33,526 nt of DNA from Basidiobolus ranarum (GCA_040143965.1 JASJQH010006949.1:1-33526); one strand, 5' to 3'. Shown: positions 12,813 through 24,397, numbered from the stretch's first letter. The notes: generated from the sequence alone by a model not told the origin. Made by a program: numbers and translations.

Positions 12813-13311
12813 ATGGTTAGTTTCTCTTTGATTATGACTATTCAAAAGGTGCCTCACTATAACGTCTTCATGAACTAACCGATTCTTTTCTTAAAAGTCC
12901 GCATCTAACTCTCAAGGTATCCAAACTCTTCTTGAAGCTGAGAAGGAAGCCTCCAGAATTGTGCAACAAGCCAAGCAATGTAAGTTTTATTTTCAAGGTA
13001 TATGAAAAAATTCCCTCTCTTACCCTTTAATCTCTCCTCAAGACCGTGTTCAGCGCTTGAAGGAAGCTCGTTCCGAAGCTGCCAAGGAGATTGAGGTCCT
13101 TAAGGCTGAAAAGGCACAAGAATTCAAGACCATGGAGCAAGAACATCTTGGTTCCTCTGATCAAGGTTCCCAAGCTATCCTCAATGAAACTGAAGAACAA
13201 AAGAGACTAGTCGAGGTTGCTTTCAACGAAAACAAAGAGAAGGTCTTGGCCAAGTTATTGGAGACCGTTACCAATGTCAAGCCAAAGATTCATGTTAATG
13301 CTCGCGCCTAA
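12813..13311 (+). CDS. VMA10: V-type proton ATPase subunit G, 117 aa
   Basis: Exons 12813-12815 (ATG only), 12898-12979, 13043-13311. Translation MSASNSQGIQTLLEAEKEASRIVQQAKQYRVQRLKEARSEA is the conserved subunit G N-terminus. Confidence 0.95.
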
Positions 13312-13788
13312 ATCATACCTCTTTATGAATACCTACTCTATTCTTATTTACTCCTCGTGATAACATTTTTTTAAATGGATTTTACTTTAATTCTACTTGC
13401 CGCATTCTACTATTGATTATTCCCAAGTGTTTTATCTCAATAGTAACCTAAAGATTTATTAAACATTTTTTTCCGAGTAGATGAGCAATACGTAATTGTG
13501 AAACTACTCTAAACTTGTGAATTTTGTATCTTTCTTTATTATATCCATGGAAAGGAATTGGATTTTGTCACTCTGCACCTAAGTATCATGAAAAGTATGG
13601 GAGTTTGGACCGAACAAGTACATGGTAAAATTGAGCGTAGCCTTTGCGCAAGTTGATAGTAAAAGGATGCTCATTTTAATATGTTATATATCGCCATGCC
13701 AATTCATTAGTAACTAAAAAATACAAAGTGCTCGCGTGAGATTTTATTTTATCCTCATGTATTGAGGAAAAGTAATTCTCATCGTTGT

Positions 13789-15694
13789 TTAACCAGAGCT
13801 TCTTGAACGAATTTCCTGGGCTAACATAATATGATGCTTGTTCATATCCCCTGATGTGTCATTTCCATCATCAAAATGAGGTGTACCAAAGACGGTTTCA
13901 ATCCATATATCTGACAAATTGAAGAAATATATCTCATGATTGCCAAAGTAAGGCGTAGGTTTTTATTAATGAGAAATTTTGTTTGATTTTTAATATGTAT
14001 TCACTCTCTTCACTCTTGAAATCTGAGCTATGATTTTTTGACAACTCCTTTACCATGGCCGGAACTTTGATTAACACTTCAATCTCGTCAGGATCTAACG
14101 TGAATACACGTACATTTCGAAAGTATCCAATGGATCGGGTATACGCCTGAAGCATCAAGTACAATAGCGAAGTGTAACGGTACAAGTCTTCCATGAGGTC
14201 CCTTTGGGACCATTTATAATTTGGACTGATTTGGAACAGCAATGCGAGCTTACGTAGAGAAATAGGAGTACGAAGAAGTGATTTGCTTGGAAGATTGGCG
14301 TGACTATAGTCGTGATAGAACATGAAATCTATAAGTTTTACTTTCATAACATGAGAGTGGAGTTTCTAGAATTCATGGTTATTAATAGAGTCATATGAAA
14401 GTGATGCTATTGCTTAGAAATTACCGTAAAGAAAGTAAGAAATCCATTAACATTTGACTTATAGATTCTCTCGTAAATCCCTCCAAGAAGAGTTTCTCCA
14501 CAGAAAATATTCGCGTGAGAGAGTAGAATCATCTGTATAAATGAGCGGAACGGAATGAAAAAACAATTCATGATCTTCATTATGAAAAGTAAGTACCTGA
14601 TCCAAAAGATTAAAGCATAAACTTTCTATTTCAATGTTTTCTTTGAAAAACTCAATCAAATGGAAAACAATATCCAGTGCTTTTTGCAACTTGGTGACGG
14701 GCATTGAGTACTTGACAAAGAAATTGGCCAATAGACTGTCGCTCAAGTTCCCTATATCATACAGTTGATTAGAACAGTTTCAACTTTGCTCATAAGAAGT
14801 ATCACGTACACGGATATTTTCTTGCTAGATCATCATAAAGCAATCCTGTTATGAAGTCTAAAATCATTCGTATTCTAGGACTCTAAATGTAAAATTAGTC
14901 TAAGTTCACACCGTGATATTAGAGATTATTCCGAACCATATCTCTTTTCTGGTACTCGTCTTTTGTCACATATGTCGTAAGGTCATCCAGGAAACTCCAA
15001 AATTCTTGACTATCATCCCAAAGGGTTTCAAACACCTTAGGGCCGTGATACACCTGAATATGCTTTAAATGCTGATAAGCTCTGGTAGCCAGATAATGGT
15101 CATCATGTTCAAGAATGATATCTTTGATGATTTGTCGGATCATACGTCTATATTAGAAAGCAGGTGAATACTTTAGAACTGTATAAAAAAGGCCATAGAT
15201 TTCTAAAAAAATTACTTTGGAGGATAAAAACGTTTTGAAACAAGACTTTCAAGCATTTTTAAAGCGTCGTTGTCTGGAATATGAAAAAAATAAAGCTTAG
15301 TTCTTTTCTAGATATAGCAGCCAAAATAGTAACAATTTACAATGTTTTTCTTCGAGGCAACTATCTACGAGTGTTTGATGAGTTGGTGGAAATATTAAAG
15401 CTTCGGAGGAGGAGTCCTCAGCAGAATTAATCATGTCGAATCTATCTTGAAAAGTTCTAGTATCTAACAGGCGGTTATATAACTCTACTTTATCTGGACT
15501 CATTAGTGTGAACAAGCGAGCTTCGATCCAATCCCCGTAGTCGTCTTGATCCTCCTGAATGAAAAATTTCAGTCCTTCCTGAGAGAAAATGTATATTAAG
15601 TAAATTTTAGTTGAATGTAATGAGATACAGTATCAAACTAATAATTCTGAAAATAACGAACATCGAACTCTTTATGTACAGTCACGAATACCAT
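13789..15694 (-). CDS. Multi-exon alpha-helical protein, probable Nse5/SIMC1/SLF1-like SMC5/6 loader subunit; 3' end uncertain
   Basis: Exons 15694-15662, 15578-15341, 15273-15216, 15147-14937 splice in frame, followed by exons near 14.88-14.81, 14.75-14.43 and 14.37-14.0 kb. Spliced protein reads CLEEKHYNDALKMLESLVSKRFYPPKRMIRQIIKDIILEHDDHYLATRAYQHLKHIQVYHG...RIRMILDFITGLLYDDL, matching the recalled SIMC1 Nse5-like domain pattern. Confidence 0.62.
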
Positions 15695-17062
15695 TACAGT
15701 GTTTGAATCTTTCACTTTGAGAAGAAAGGATACAATATGTGATTGTAAAGTTAAAGTCGTGAACTAACATATAAACAAATCAATATCCAATCAGAATAAT
15801 CAATAAATGCTTTATACTTTTTTTGCTTCAAATTTTGTGTTAATTAATATACACGTGATCTTGGTGGTTGATTTATGTCAAGTTGGACTGTTTAAATATA
15901 TTTGAGTTCATATGAAGAATTATAAGATTCAATATAGTTCTGGTTGTAGATATTTGAGCATCAAGTAATTTTAATAATGGACGTTCAAACTCTGCTTATT
16001 TATATACAATGATCATAGATATCTCCAATGCTCCTCTAATTGATGAGAGACATAAACGAATAGGTACTTCGTTATTCTCCATTGGCCAAAGGAAGCTCAA
16101 ATTTTAATAAACCTGAAATATCAATCAATGCAAACAATAATGTAAGTTACTAGTGATTTTAAACTGATTCCTTCAGTGGAGGTAAATTCCATTACTACAA
16201 GTGCTTTGCGACAGACCTTTGAGCAGTTCCTATCTGTACTTCGATACATCATTATATATGTCAATGCCAGAGATAATTTGGAGACCAATTGACTTCATAC
16301 ATTAGTATTAGGAACATATTCCTTGGTACCCAGAGTGTGTAGTAGATATGTCAGAAACTGTGTAGATAAGTGAGAATTGATCTGGAGCAAGACATTGCTT
16401 ACTGAAATGCTGACACTCGGTTACAATAGGCAAAGTAGCATCAAGGAAAATGGGTCATCTGTGCCCGGATGTTTGTTTACATTGAAGAATTTTTCAATAT
16501 TACTTGATTCTTCATCTGAGCTTTCTCCATAGTCTGTTAAACGACATCAGGTAAAGGTTAGTCTGTCATCTCTGCTCCTAACAACTAAGCATTGAAACGT
16601 GACATGTATCTGGAATATGAAATAACTGATAACCAGGCTCATATTCTTGACATCTATTTCATATTTTTATAATTGCAGGTGCGGTTGACGCACGATATAG
16701 ATTGTTGGAACACGAGTTTTAATCAAAAATTTGGAATGCAAATTAGTATCTTGTTACTTGAGAGTAAGTTTACATCGGCTCTTATAGCATCGCCTCCTTT
16801 TCAAATGCAGAGCTATGAAAAGCTGAAGGGTCCAATAAAAACTCACAAAAAGTATAGGACCAGATGACTCTTCCTTTACTAGTTTATTACTGAAATTTCT
16901 GGTGTTCGCACTGTATTGAAAATATATTTAAGCGAGTATTTAATTTCTATACTGTCGGTTTAAGTTGATAAAGCTACCTATTTAATTTAAATATCAAGAC
17001 GACTCTCTTTAACACGAATTCCTAGGCAAATTATGCCTGATTACGTGAAGAAGCAAAAGGAC

Positions 17063-17300
17063 TCTCACGGATGATGGTTAGTTGATGACCGGGGATATTG
17101 GTGTTTGACTTCCTGACGGAATTCTGGGTATTGTTGATCGCAAAAAGAACTTGGTCAAGTTATCCAATGGTGAATATATCGCCGTAGAAAAACTTGAATA
17201 TCTCTACAAAACCTCCGCTGATTCATCCAAATCTCGTCCAGTTGCTATTTTAGTATGTGGTGAAGATAAACTTGGTAATCTGGCCAAGCAATAAAATGTA
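17063..17300 (+). pseudogene. Degenerate duplicated fragment of the acyl-CoA synthetase gene
   Basis: Aligns to 3569-3833 with about 18 substitutions, three in-frame stops (TAG 17079, TGA 17106, TAA 17292) and a 27-nt deletion. Confidence 0.93.
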
Positions 17301-17721
17301 TGTTTAGTGTAGTGAATCCCTCAAATGATTGTTTGTACGGTATTGATGAATGGTTAGAAACTTCATATCCGCTAGATACCTGTATAACACTCTCCCTTGT
17401 ACATAAATATTAACATTCTTGTTATTCCTGACGAAGGGGATTCTAAGAAAGGATACAAAGAGAGCACCATGTTTATTTTTACGAGAGCTGATCTCCAAAT
17501 GACTATTGCATTGAACATGATGCATGTTAAATATATATTATACTATGGTAAAACTACTCACGGACCATAGAAGATCTGATAAGTGTAACATTCCACGAGT
17601 CCAAAAATCATTTTGCTTTAGATGAATGGCGAGTTTGCTCCATATTTGAATTATAATTTAAGCAGTATTTTATTTACAAATAATAACGATGATTAGACTC
17701 CTCTATCCCATGGCTATATAC

Positions 17722-19133
17722 TCAGTTTAACGGAACCCAATTTTTGGGATTCTTGATAACCTCCAACAACTTCTCCTCCTCACTTCCTACTTCAGGTGTA
17801 TGACAGTACTCCCAACGAGCAGTTAATGGTAGCGACATTAAAATATTTTCAATTTGAGGGCCAGGTCCCCGGAGACCAAACTTGGTACCACGGTCATGCA
17901 CCAGGTTGAACTCTACATAACGACCCCGTCTGATCTGCTGCCACTCCTTTTGTTTAGGTGTAAAAGGTTGCTCCTTCCGCTTCAACAAAATGGGAATGTA
18001 CGAGGGTAAAAAGGCATCTCCACACTCGCGAATGAACTTAAAGATCTGTTCTGGATGATGAGTGTCCAAATCATCAAAGAATATCCCACCAACACCGCGG
18101 GCTTCACTACGATGCGGAAGGTAGAAGTATCTATCGCACCATTTTTTAAATTCTGGATAAAACGTAGGGTCATGATTACGGCAGGCCTCCTTCATAGTGG
18201 AGTGAAAATGAACAATATCTTCTTCAAATAGGTAGCATGGCGTAAGATCAGAGCCTCCGCCAAACCACCAAGCTTGTGGGTTTCCATCTTCGTCTTGAAT
18301 TTCAAAATAACGATAGTTCATGTGAACAGTAGGTATCATGGGGTTGTGTGGGTGTAGAACCAATGAAATACTGGCCACAAAGAACGGATATGGTCCATCG
18401 CCTTGGAGCTCCATAGGCTTTTCACGCATTTGTTTAACGGCGGCTTTAGGTAACTTATTGGACATCACGGAGATATTGACACCTGCCTTTTCAAAGACAT
18501 TGCCATCTTGAAGTACACATACAGCACCTTCACCACCACCAGGACGCTGATATTGACTGATCGTAAAATCTTTTCCGTCAATGGCAGCAAGTGTACTTAC
18601 TATATCGTATTGAAGCTTTTTTACATAATTGCCCATGCGTTGACTCATCGATGTGGAGGTAATCTCAGACGGTAACAAAACCTCGTACTTCTGTATTTTA
18701 AAAGAAGGTTTTAGTAAAGGAAGAACAATGCACAGTAATAAAACTGCCCAACCTTTCTTTTTTCCAACTTCTGACTCTCTTGCATGTACCGGCCAGCCTC
18801 GGACTGCGCTTCACACGATACTTTATCCGTGTAATTCTAAGATAATACTAGTGAGTTTACTGAATAAAGAAAGTGCCTGAGTACAGAAGTATTACCTGTG
18901 ACGTGTAATAACCGGCGCTAGCAGTAAGTGCCAATATGCTGGACCCGAATAGTAACTGTTTGGCACTCGCAAAATGACCCTTGGTTAAACTACTAGCTCT
19001 TCGTATGGACGCCCGTTCTACATTCAAAGATGGACGGAGACTTAGATGGGGAATTAATGAGCTATTATTGAAAACATTATCAACGTCAATACACATACCT
19101 CTTTAAAGTGGTTTTTATTGCAGTTCGGAACAT
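17722..19133 (-). CDS. HEM13: Oxygen-dependent coproporphyrinogen III oxidase with N-terminal targeting extension
   Basis: Catalytic exon 18690-17722 has FEKAGVN, HPHNPMIPTVHMNYRYF, WWFGGGSDLTP, RGVGGIFFDDL, RRGRYVEFNLVHDRGTKFGL. Upstream exons 18836-18753, 19061 (or 18992/18989)-18896 and 19133-19099 splice in frame. Confidence 0.93.
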
Positions 19134-20526
19134 TGCGAAGAGTCCACTATTTCAGTTAATTGAAGATAGGATATGGTACTAAGGATGTGAAGTACTTGAG
19201 TGAAAATAAAAATATGACAATAGGCCACACAGCATGATTTAATAAGGTCACCCAAATTTTTATCAAGCTTCAACCCGAGTTGATTCCTTTTTGATTCATG
19301 TCATTTATGTGGAGAAGGATCATCGCATGAATAGATTCTTTCTCAGGATGATATCGCTCACTAAGCGTAAATGTCGGAAAAGATATAAAAGGTAAAACTA
19401 TGCCTTCGGAAAAGTAGCCAACTCTGTCTCCCCAGACATTTGTCTCTGAGATCGAGAGTAACAGCGGATGAACTCGTTTAAAAAAGGACTGGAGAACATC
19501 CCGATACCCCATTTGGTAGCAAGAAGAAAGCAGAGCATTACAATCACCAGCCCTGGTCATACAATAGCAGGGGCTGGAAGCTTCGTGAATGCGATCTGTA
19601 CAAGTCATGCTATGATGAAACATTATGTCTATAAAACAAACCAGATTAACTTGATTTGGACACGTTAACAATTTACTAACCACTTGTGACTATATGAGGA
19701 GGGCTCAATTAATCGAACTTAGGATCTTAGATTATATTATTCATTAGATAGACCATACTTAGTACGCTATTGCTTGCTTACAGATCAAAATCAAATGTTG
19801 TGTAGACTCAAACATACTGGTTATACAAGACCTATAACATTCACAACAACGTTGTTCACTTTGCCAGTAGCGGTATGCATTAAAGGAGGTGGCTTCTGAG
19901 GTTGCAACAGTACCAGAAATGGGTGGGTAAAGCCTTCTAATATGTAACCACACGATTCTCATCAAGAATGCTGGGGATTTGTTCCGTTCTGCAAGTCCTA
20001 GAGTTGGCAGTTTTAAAACATCGTTAATCTTTAACATTAGTTACCTGCTTCTTGAGCATTCGATTGTACTTCCAGAGAAAATGGAGAATTCAACTTTATT
20101 CTACATGCAGGAGATAACTTGAAGTCGGGGAAAGTAGGCTTGTTTGTAGATGGACTTTGAAATTTCTTTGATATTCAACATATATGTAGAACATGCCCTT
20201 CATTGGATATTGAGAAAAACTCTACATCAACAACCAATGAAGGTATGCTTGATGTGATTCATTTTTCAGAGCATATATCTGGCAGATTTGGACGTCACTC
20301 TCTATGAGCAATACTCATATAGTTAACTCGCGTATCAAGAATCAAAGATCATGGGAAAACTCTACCAGCAGAACATAAACGGAACATATTCCACTTCTTT
20401 GGTGATAGCAAAACTTGGCTCATTTTTGCCTCTTCTCATCTATTGTCATGGCAGGCTTATATCTATTGTTCACACACAATATTAGTACACTAGAGAGTAA
20501 AAGAGGTGTAGTATCCAAGATGTAAC

Positions 20527-20847
20527 TGTTGGAATTAGCATTACCTAAACACCTATATAGTCATATATAGCTTAGTTCAGTATGGAATAACTAAATACTA
20601 AGATATCACTCATTATTCTCAATCGGAATTTACTTCGAAGTTCTTAGATACATAGATTTTTCAAAGAAGCCCCAAACTTTGCACACATGTTTCTGGGACC
20701 TTCCTTAACACATTCTACACGTTTGTTTGTTTACATCTTGACAAAACTATGAATGTCAACCTTCTACTCAATAATTCAATAAGTGAAAACTATCAATTCT
20801 TCTAGTTCTCCAAACCACTTCCAACAAACTCCAAAAATACTTCAACA
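20527..20847. mobile_element. Solo LTR-like unit, family A copy 1 (321 bp, TGTTGG...TTCAACA)
   Basis: TGTTG/CAACA termini; inverted homolog at 21274-21552 (about 20 mismatches over the ~183-nt distal part by manual alignment, mostly transitions). Confidence 0.75.
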
Positions 20848-20888
20848 CTTACTGTATAAAGAATACAGAGACAGCAAGCTTGCCTTCC

Positions 20889-21205
20889 TGTTGGAGGATC
20901 TTGACATAATGGGGGTAGACTTTGTATATTAGAGGCAACTTATGATAGTGTTTTTTGGTTACTTAATTCTTAAGAGAATATAGTGACTTATATAGTAGAG
21001 AAGTAAATCAATTGTTTGAGATATTTAGGAGTTGGTGTAATAAGATATAATAGATAAGTGGGGCTAATAAGACATACTTGTTATATACATATAGAGATAT
21101 TCCTATTTAGAATATAGGGGCTATTGATACGTTGTTTTCTGTTTCTGATATATGTATCATAAATAAAGTTAACTAAGATGTTGAATAAAGATTAATTATC
21201 CAACA
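20889..21205. mobile_element. Solo LTR, family B (317 bp) with perfect 5-bp target-site duplication
   Basis: Termini TGTTGGA...TCCAACA flanked by CTTCC on both sides (20884-20888 and 21206-21210). Internal TATA-rich stretches and AATAAA signals; no obvious similarity to family A. Confidence 0.85.
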
Positions 21206-21273
21206 CTTCCAAGCCTTCATATTGGTCTGAGCCCAGAATATGCACCAAGTTTGAGTTACAAAGTAGTAGGTAC

Positions 21274-21552
21274 TGTTGAAGTATTTTGGGAGTTTGTTGA
21301 AAGTGGTTTGGAGAACTAGAAGAATTGGTGGATTTCACTTACTGATTTACTGAGTAGAAAGTTCACATTTATAGTTTTGTCAAGAGGTAAACAAATAAAC
21401 GTATAAAATGTGTTAAGAAAGATCCTAGGAACATGTGTGCAAAGTTTGAGGCTTCTAGCACAAGTTCTCGAAATATTCTAGTTCAATATGGAATAACTGA
21501 ATACTAAGTTATATATGACTATATAGATGTTTAGGTTATGTTAATTTCAACA
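21274..21552. mobile_element. Solo LTR-like unit, family A copy 2 (279 bp), inverted relative to copy 1
   Basis: TGTTGAA...TTCAACA termini; reverse complement aligns end to end with 20527-20847 apart from a ~40-nt indel and a 22-nt inverted patch. Confidence 0.75.
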
Positions 21553-22256
21553 GCAAGAGAAGTGTACGAGACTATCGCTGAGCATCTGAATGGGTATTCG
21601 CATTGTTTAGGTAATCGAAGGATTCCAGAAGCATCTTTTTTCAATCAGTGTAAGAGCTATCATCTGGATGCTTGTATGCTCAGAAAACGTGTCCAAACAG
21701 ACTGACGGAGTAGAGCTGATTATCGCGAACTTTGGTTGGAAACGATTTGCATCCACGAATCTGTGGAGTACCGATCCTCTCGTAATCAGTCATGGCTTGT
21801 GTTTTCAATGTAACCAAACATGCTTTCACATTGTTCAATTAGCAGCAAATTGCGCAGAAATTCACGTAGCCTTTAGTTACGTATTGGCTATATTAAGCAC
21901 ATCAACAATTCATTTAACTCTCAGCGTTTCTTATGTGTTCGGGGGGCTGAAAAAGACCGCATTTTCGATTTTCTAAACCGCAGCTAGCAATTTGGTGTTA
22001 CCCAATTGGCCCAGTCATTAACATAAACGGAGTGAGGGAACTAGTAAAAAGACTCACACGATTATTATAGTTCTAATTTAGAAATGCCATCTGGATGTTG
22101 CCTGTTGAGCCAATCTGCGGATGGTATGGAAGAACTCTGTCAAGTTAATCGAGATAAAATAAAAAATTTATTATACACGGCGCTGCGAACTGTGGAATTT
22201 TATCTATTTGAACTAAATTTTTGACTTGAACTAATTATCCTTTGTTCTTAATCAAA

Positions 22257-22975
22257 ATGTCCACTCTTCGCGTTGCCTCCGTTGTCAAATCCAATTTTGG
22301 CATCCTTTCTGCCGTTAGAACCTCTACCAAGACTAGTTCTATCTTTACGCTTCGTAATGGTGCACGATTCTATACTGACAAGAAAGAGGAGGAAAAGACT
22401 GAAACTTCTGGTGCCGAAGAGGTCAAAAGTGCCGAAGTAACCGAAGAAGATAAAGACAAGAAATTGGCTGAAATTAAAGTAAAACTATATTATATTCACT
22501 AGGTCTACTTATAACTTGCTCATACTTTTAATCCATATTGAATTAGGATGCTTATCTTCGTTGCCTTGCCGAAATGGAAAATGTACGAAACCGCACTCGC
22601 AAGGAGATCGAGCAAGCTTCACAATATGCTATCACGAAGTTTGCTAAAGATCTGCTCAATACTGTCGATATTCTGAACATGGCTTTGAAGGCTGTCCCAG
22701 AAACTGCTCGTGAGGGCAACACTCATCTTCAGAACCTTTATACTGGTGTGACTATGACCGAAACTGAATTAGTCAAGGCTTTGAATCGACATGGTGTTGT
22801 CCAGGATAACCCTGCTGGTCAAAAGTTTGATCCTAATGTTCATCAAGCTTTATATCAAGTTCCTATGCCTGATAAGGAGCCAGGCACTATTATCTCGGTG
22901 GAGAAGATTGGTTACTTACTCCGCGGTAGAGTGCTACGTGCTGCTCAAGTTGGTGTTGTTCAAGATAGAGATTAG
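22257..22975 (+). CDS. MGE1: Mitochondrial GrpE nucleotide exchange factor, 216 aa
   Basis: Exons 22257-22478 and 22547-22975. Arg/Ser/Thr-rich presequence; YLRCLAEMENVRNRT, FAKDLL, KFDPNVHQAL, GYLLRGRVLRAAQVGV. Confidence 0.95.
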
Positions 22976-24397
22976 CCATCGTAGAGTGGTCTCCGTTACA
23001 AGTACTACCCTAAATCCATCAAGCATCAATTTTTTCACATTTCCCTTATATACAATAGTACACAACCCATCCTTCATACATTATGTTTTCATATTATCGT
23101 TTTCTGCATTTCCTATAGTATTTTACTGTCGGGTATAGAAACAAACAGTATACAGTTTGAATACTTTCCCTTTTGTTTCCGTGATCTAATAAAGATAGTG
23201 TACTTTTTCATCTGCAGAGCCATCACGTTATCCTTTTTACTTGAACTCGACATGAGAGTGATTCTGCATATACATAATATCTCGGCTTGGGACTGTTTTT
23301 AAGAAACTCTATTTTTTACGGTGTTTTAGCAGGGGATAAAACTATGATTTACCGTTACGGTTCGCTTCGTAAGCTAAATCTCACGGACCCATGTTTGTGT
23401 AATATATGAATCCTAAACGTGAAGTCCTCCGTCTCTGATCCCAGAGTTGATGATCATCTCACTTGTATGTAGCTATCAGTACCCCGCTGTACTTGCTACA
23501 TGCTTGGATGTACATTTCATCGATCTTTGCCACTAGTGCTTAGGTGATGCAGCATGTACGTGTGCTGTGCACAACGAATTGTTGGATTACCCCATAAATT
23601 GTTCAAACGGTCATGGAGCCACTCAGTCTCGAACTCACTGTGCGAGATCCCAACATAGTTTGCCAACTAAATCATATTGACGTCGTGACGAAACCGAGAG
23701 AGAAGTCAAGCGAACCTATTTTATTCAGCCATGAAGAATCCCACAGTGTGAATGCTAAATTTCGCACAGTGGTGTTTCTTCCCAGATTATGGAAATTCTT
23801 ATTTCACTTAAGCTAAAATAAGGTCAATCTGGTACACAAATGACTTGCATAATCCGATCGATATATTGATATGCTCGTACGTAGTTCAACTTCAGATGGG
23901 TCCAAATCTCCAGTGCTTTGCCATATTAAGTATTCTTCTCTTTGTATTGAAGATAATGTATATTGTATAATCATAGTTAACTTATCGGTTGAGGATTCCA
24001 ATGGAAGGCTCCATCTTGTACCGCTTCTCTGGCTTTATTCCCCATTAAAAAACATGCTTCTGAATTGGTACTTGGTCTCACATGATAGTTCTATCTCACG
24101 CCCTATTGAAGTACATTTTCGCAAGTGCCTGGATGTTGAGGTTGTCTGCGTTGTAAGATAGAACTAAACGTATGAATAAGTCACGAATCAAATCTCATCT
24201 TCTCTCTAGCGATAAGAGTAACGGTATTTACAATATTATTTAATATGGTAATTTTTATTTACCAGATGGAGATCGTTTACCGTTGAGGTACCGGGCATTA
24301 TCATCTAAAAGATAAGGAAAGCCCGTTGGGGTTTTTAGTCAGAAACTATAAATGGCGGTCCAAGACTAACTATAAGGTACTTCTGGTTGTGTATACG

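Noticed and set aside
13930..14010. Possible frameshift near the 3' end of the Nse5-like gene
   Set aside because: Can be explained by an intron (GTGAAT...TTGTCAG); not decidable without transcripts.
20083..20250. Short open stretch with FILHAGD, reminiscent of a metallophosphoesterase motif
   Set aside because: Single motif, interrupted by a stop, with no other family motifs.
20506..20515. GTGTAGTATC matching the U2 snRNA branch-pairing sequence
   Set aside because: Flanking sequence does not match the conserved U2 5' region.
23735..23780. CAGTGN hexamers upstream of ferroportin as possible iron-responsive elements
   Set aside because: No 5-bp upper stem with bulged C, and they lie over 600 nt upstream of the ATG, beyond the TATA box.
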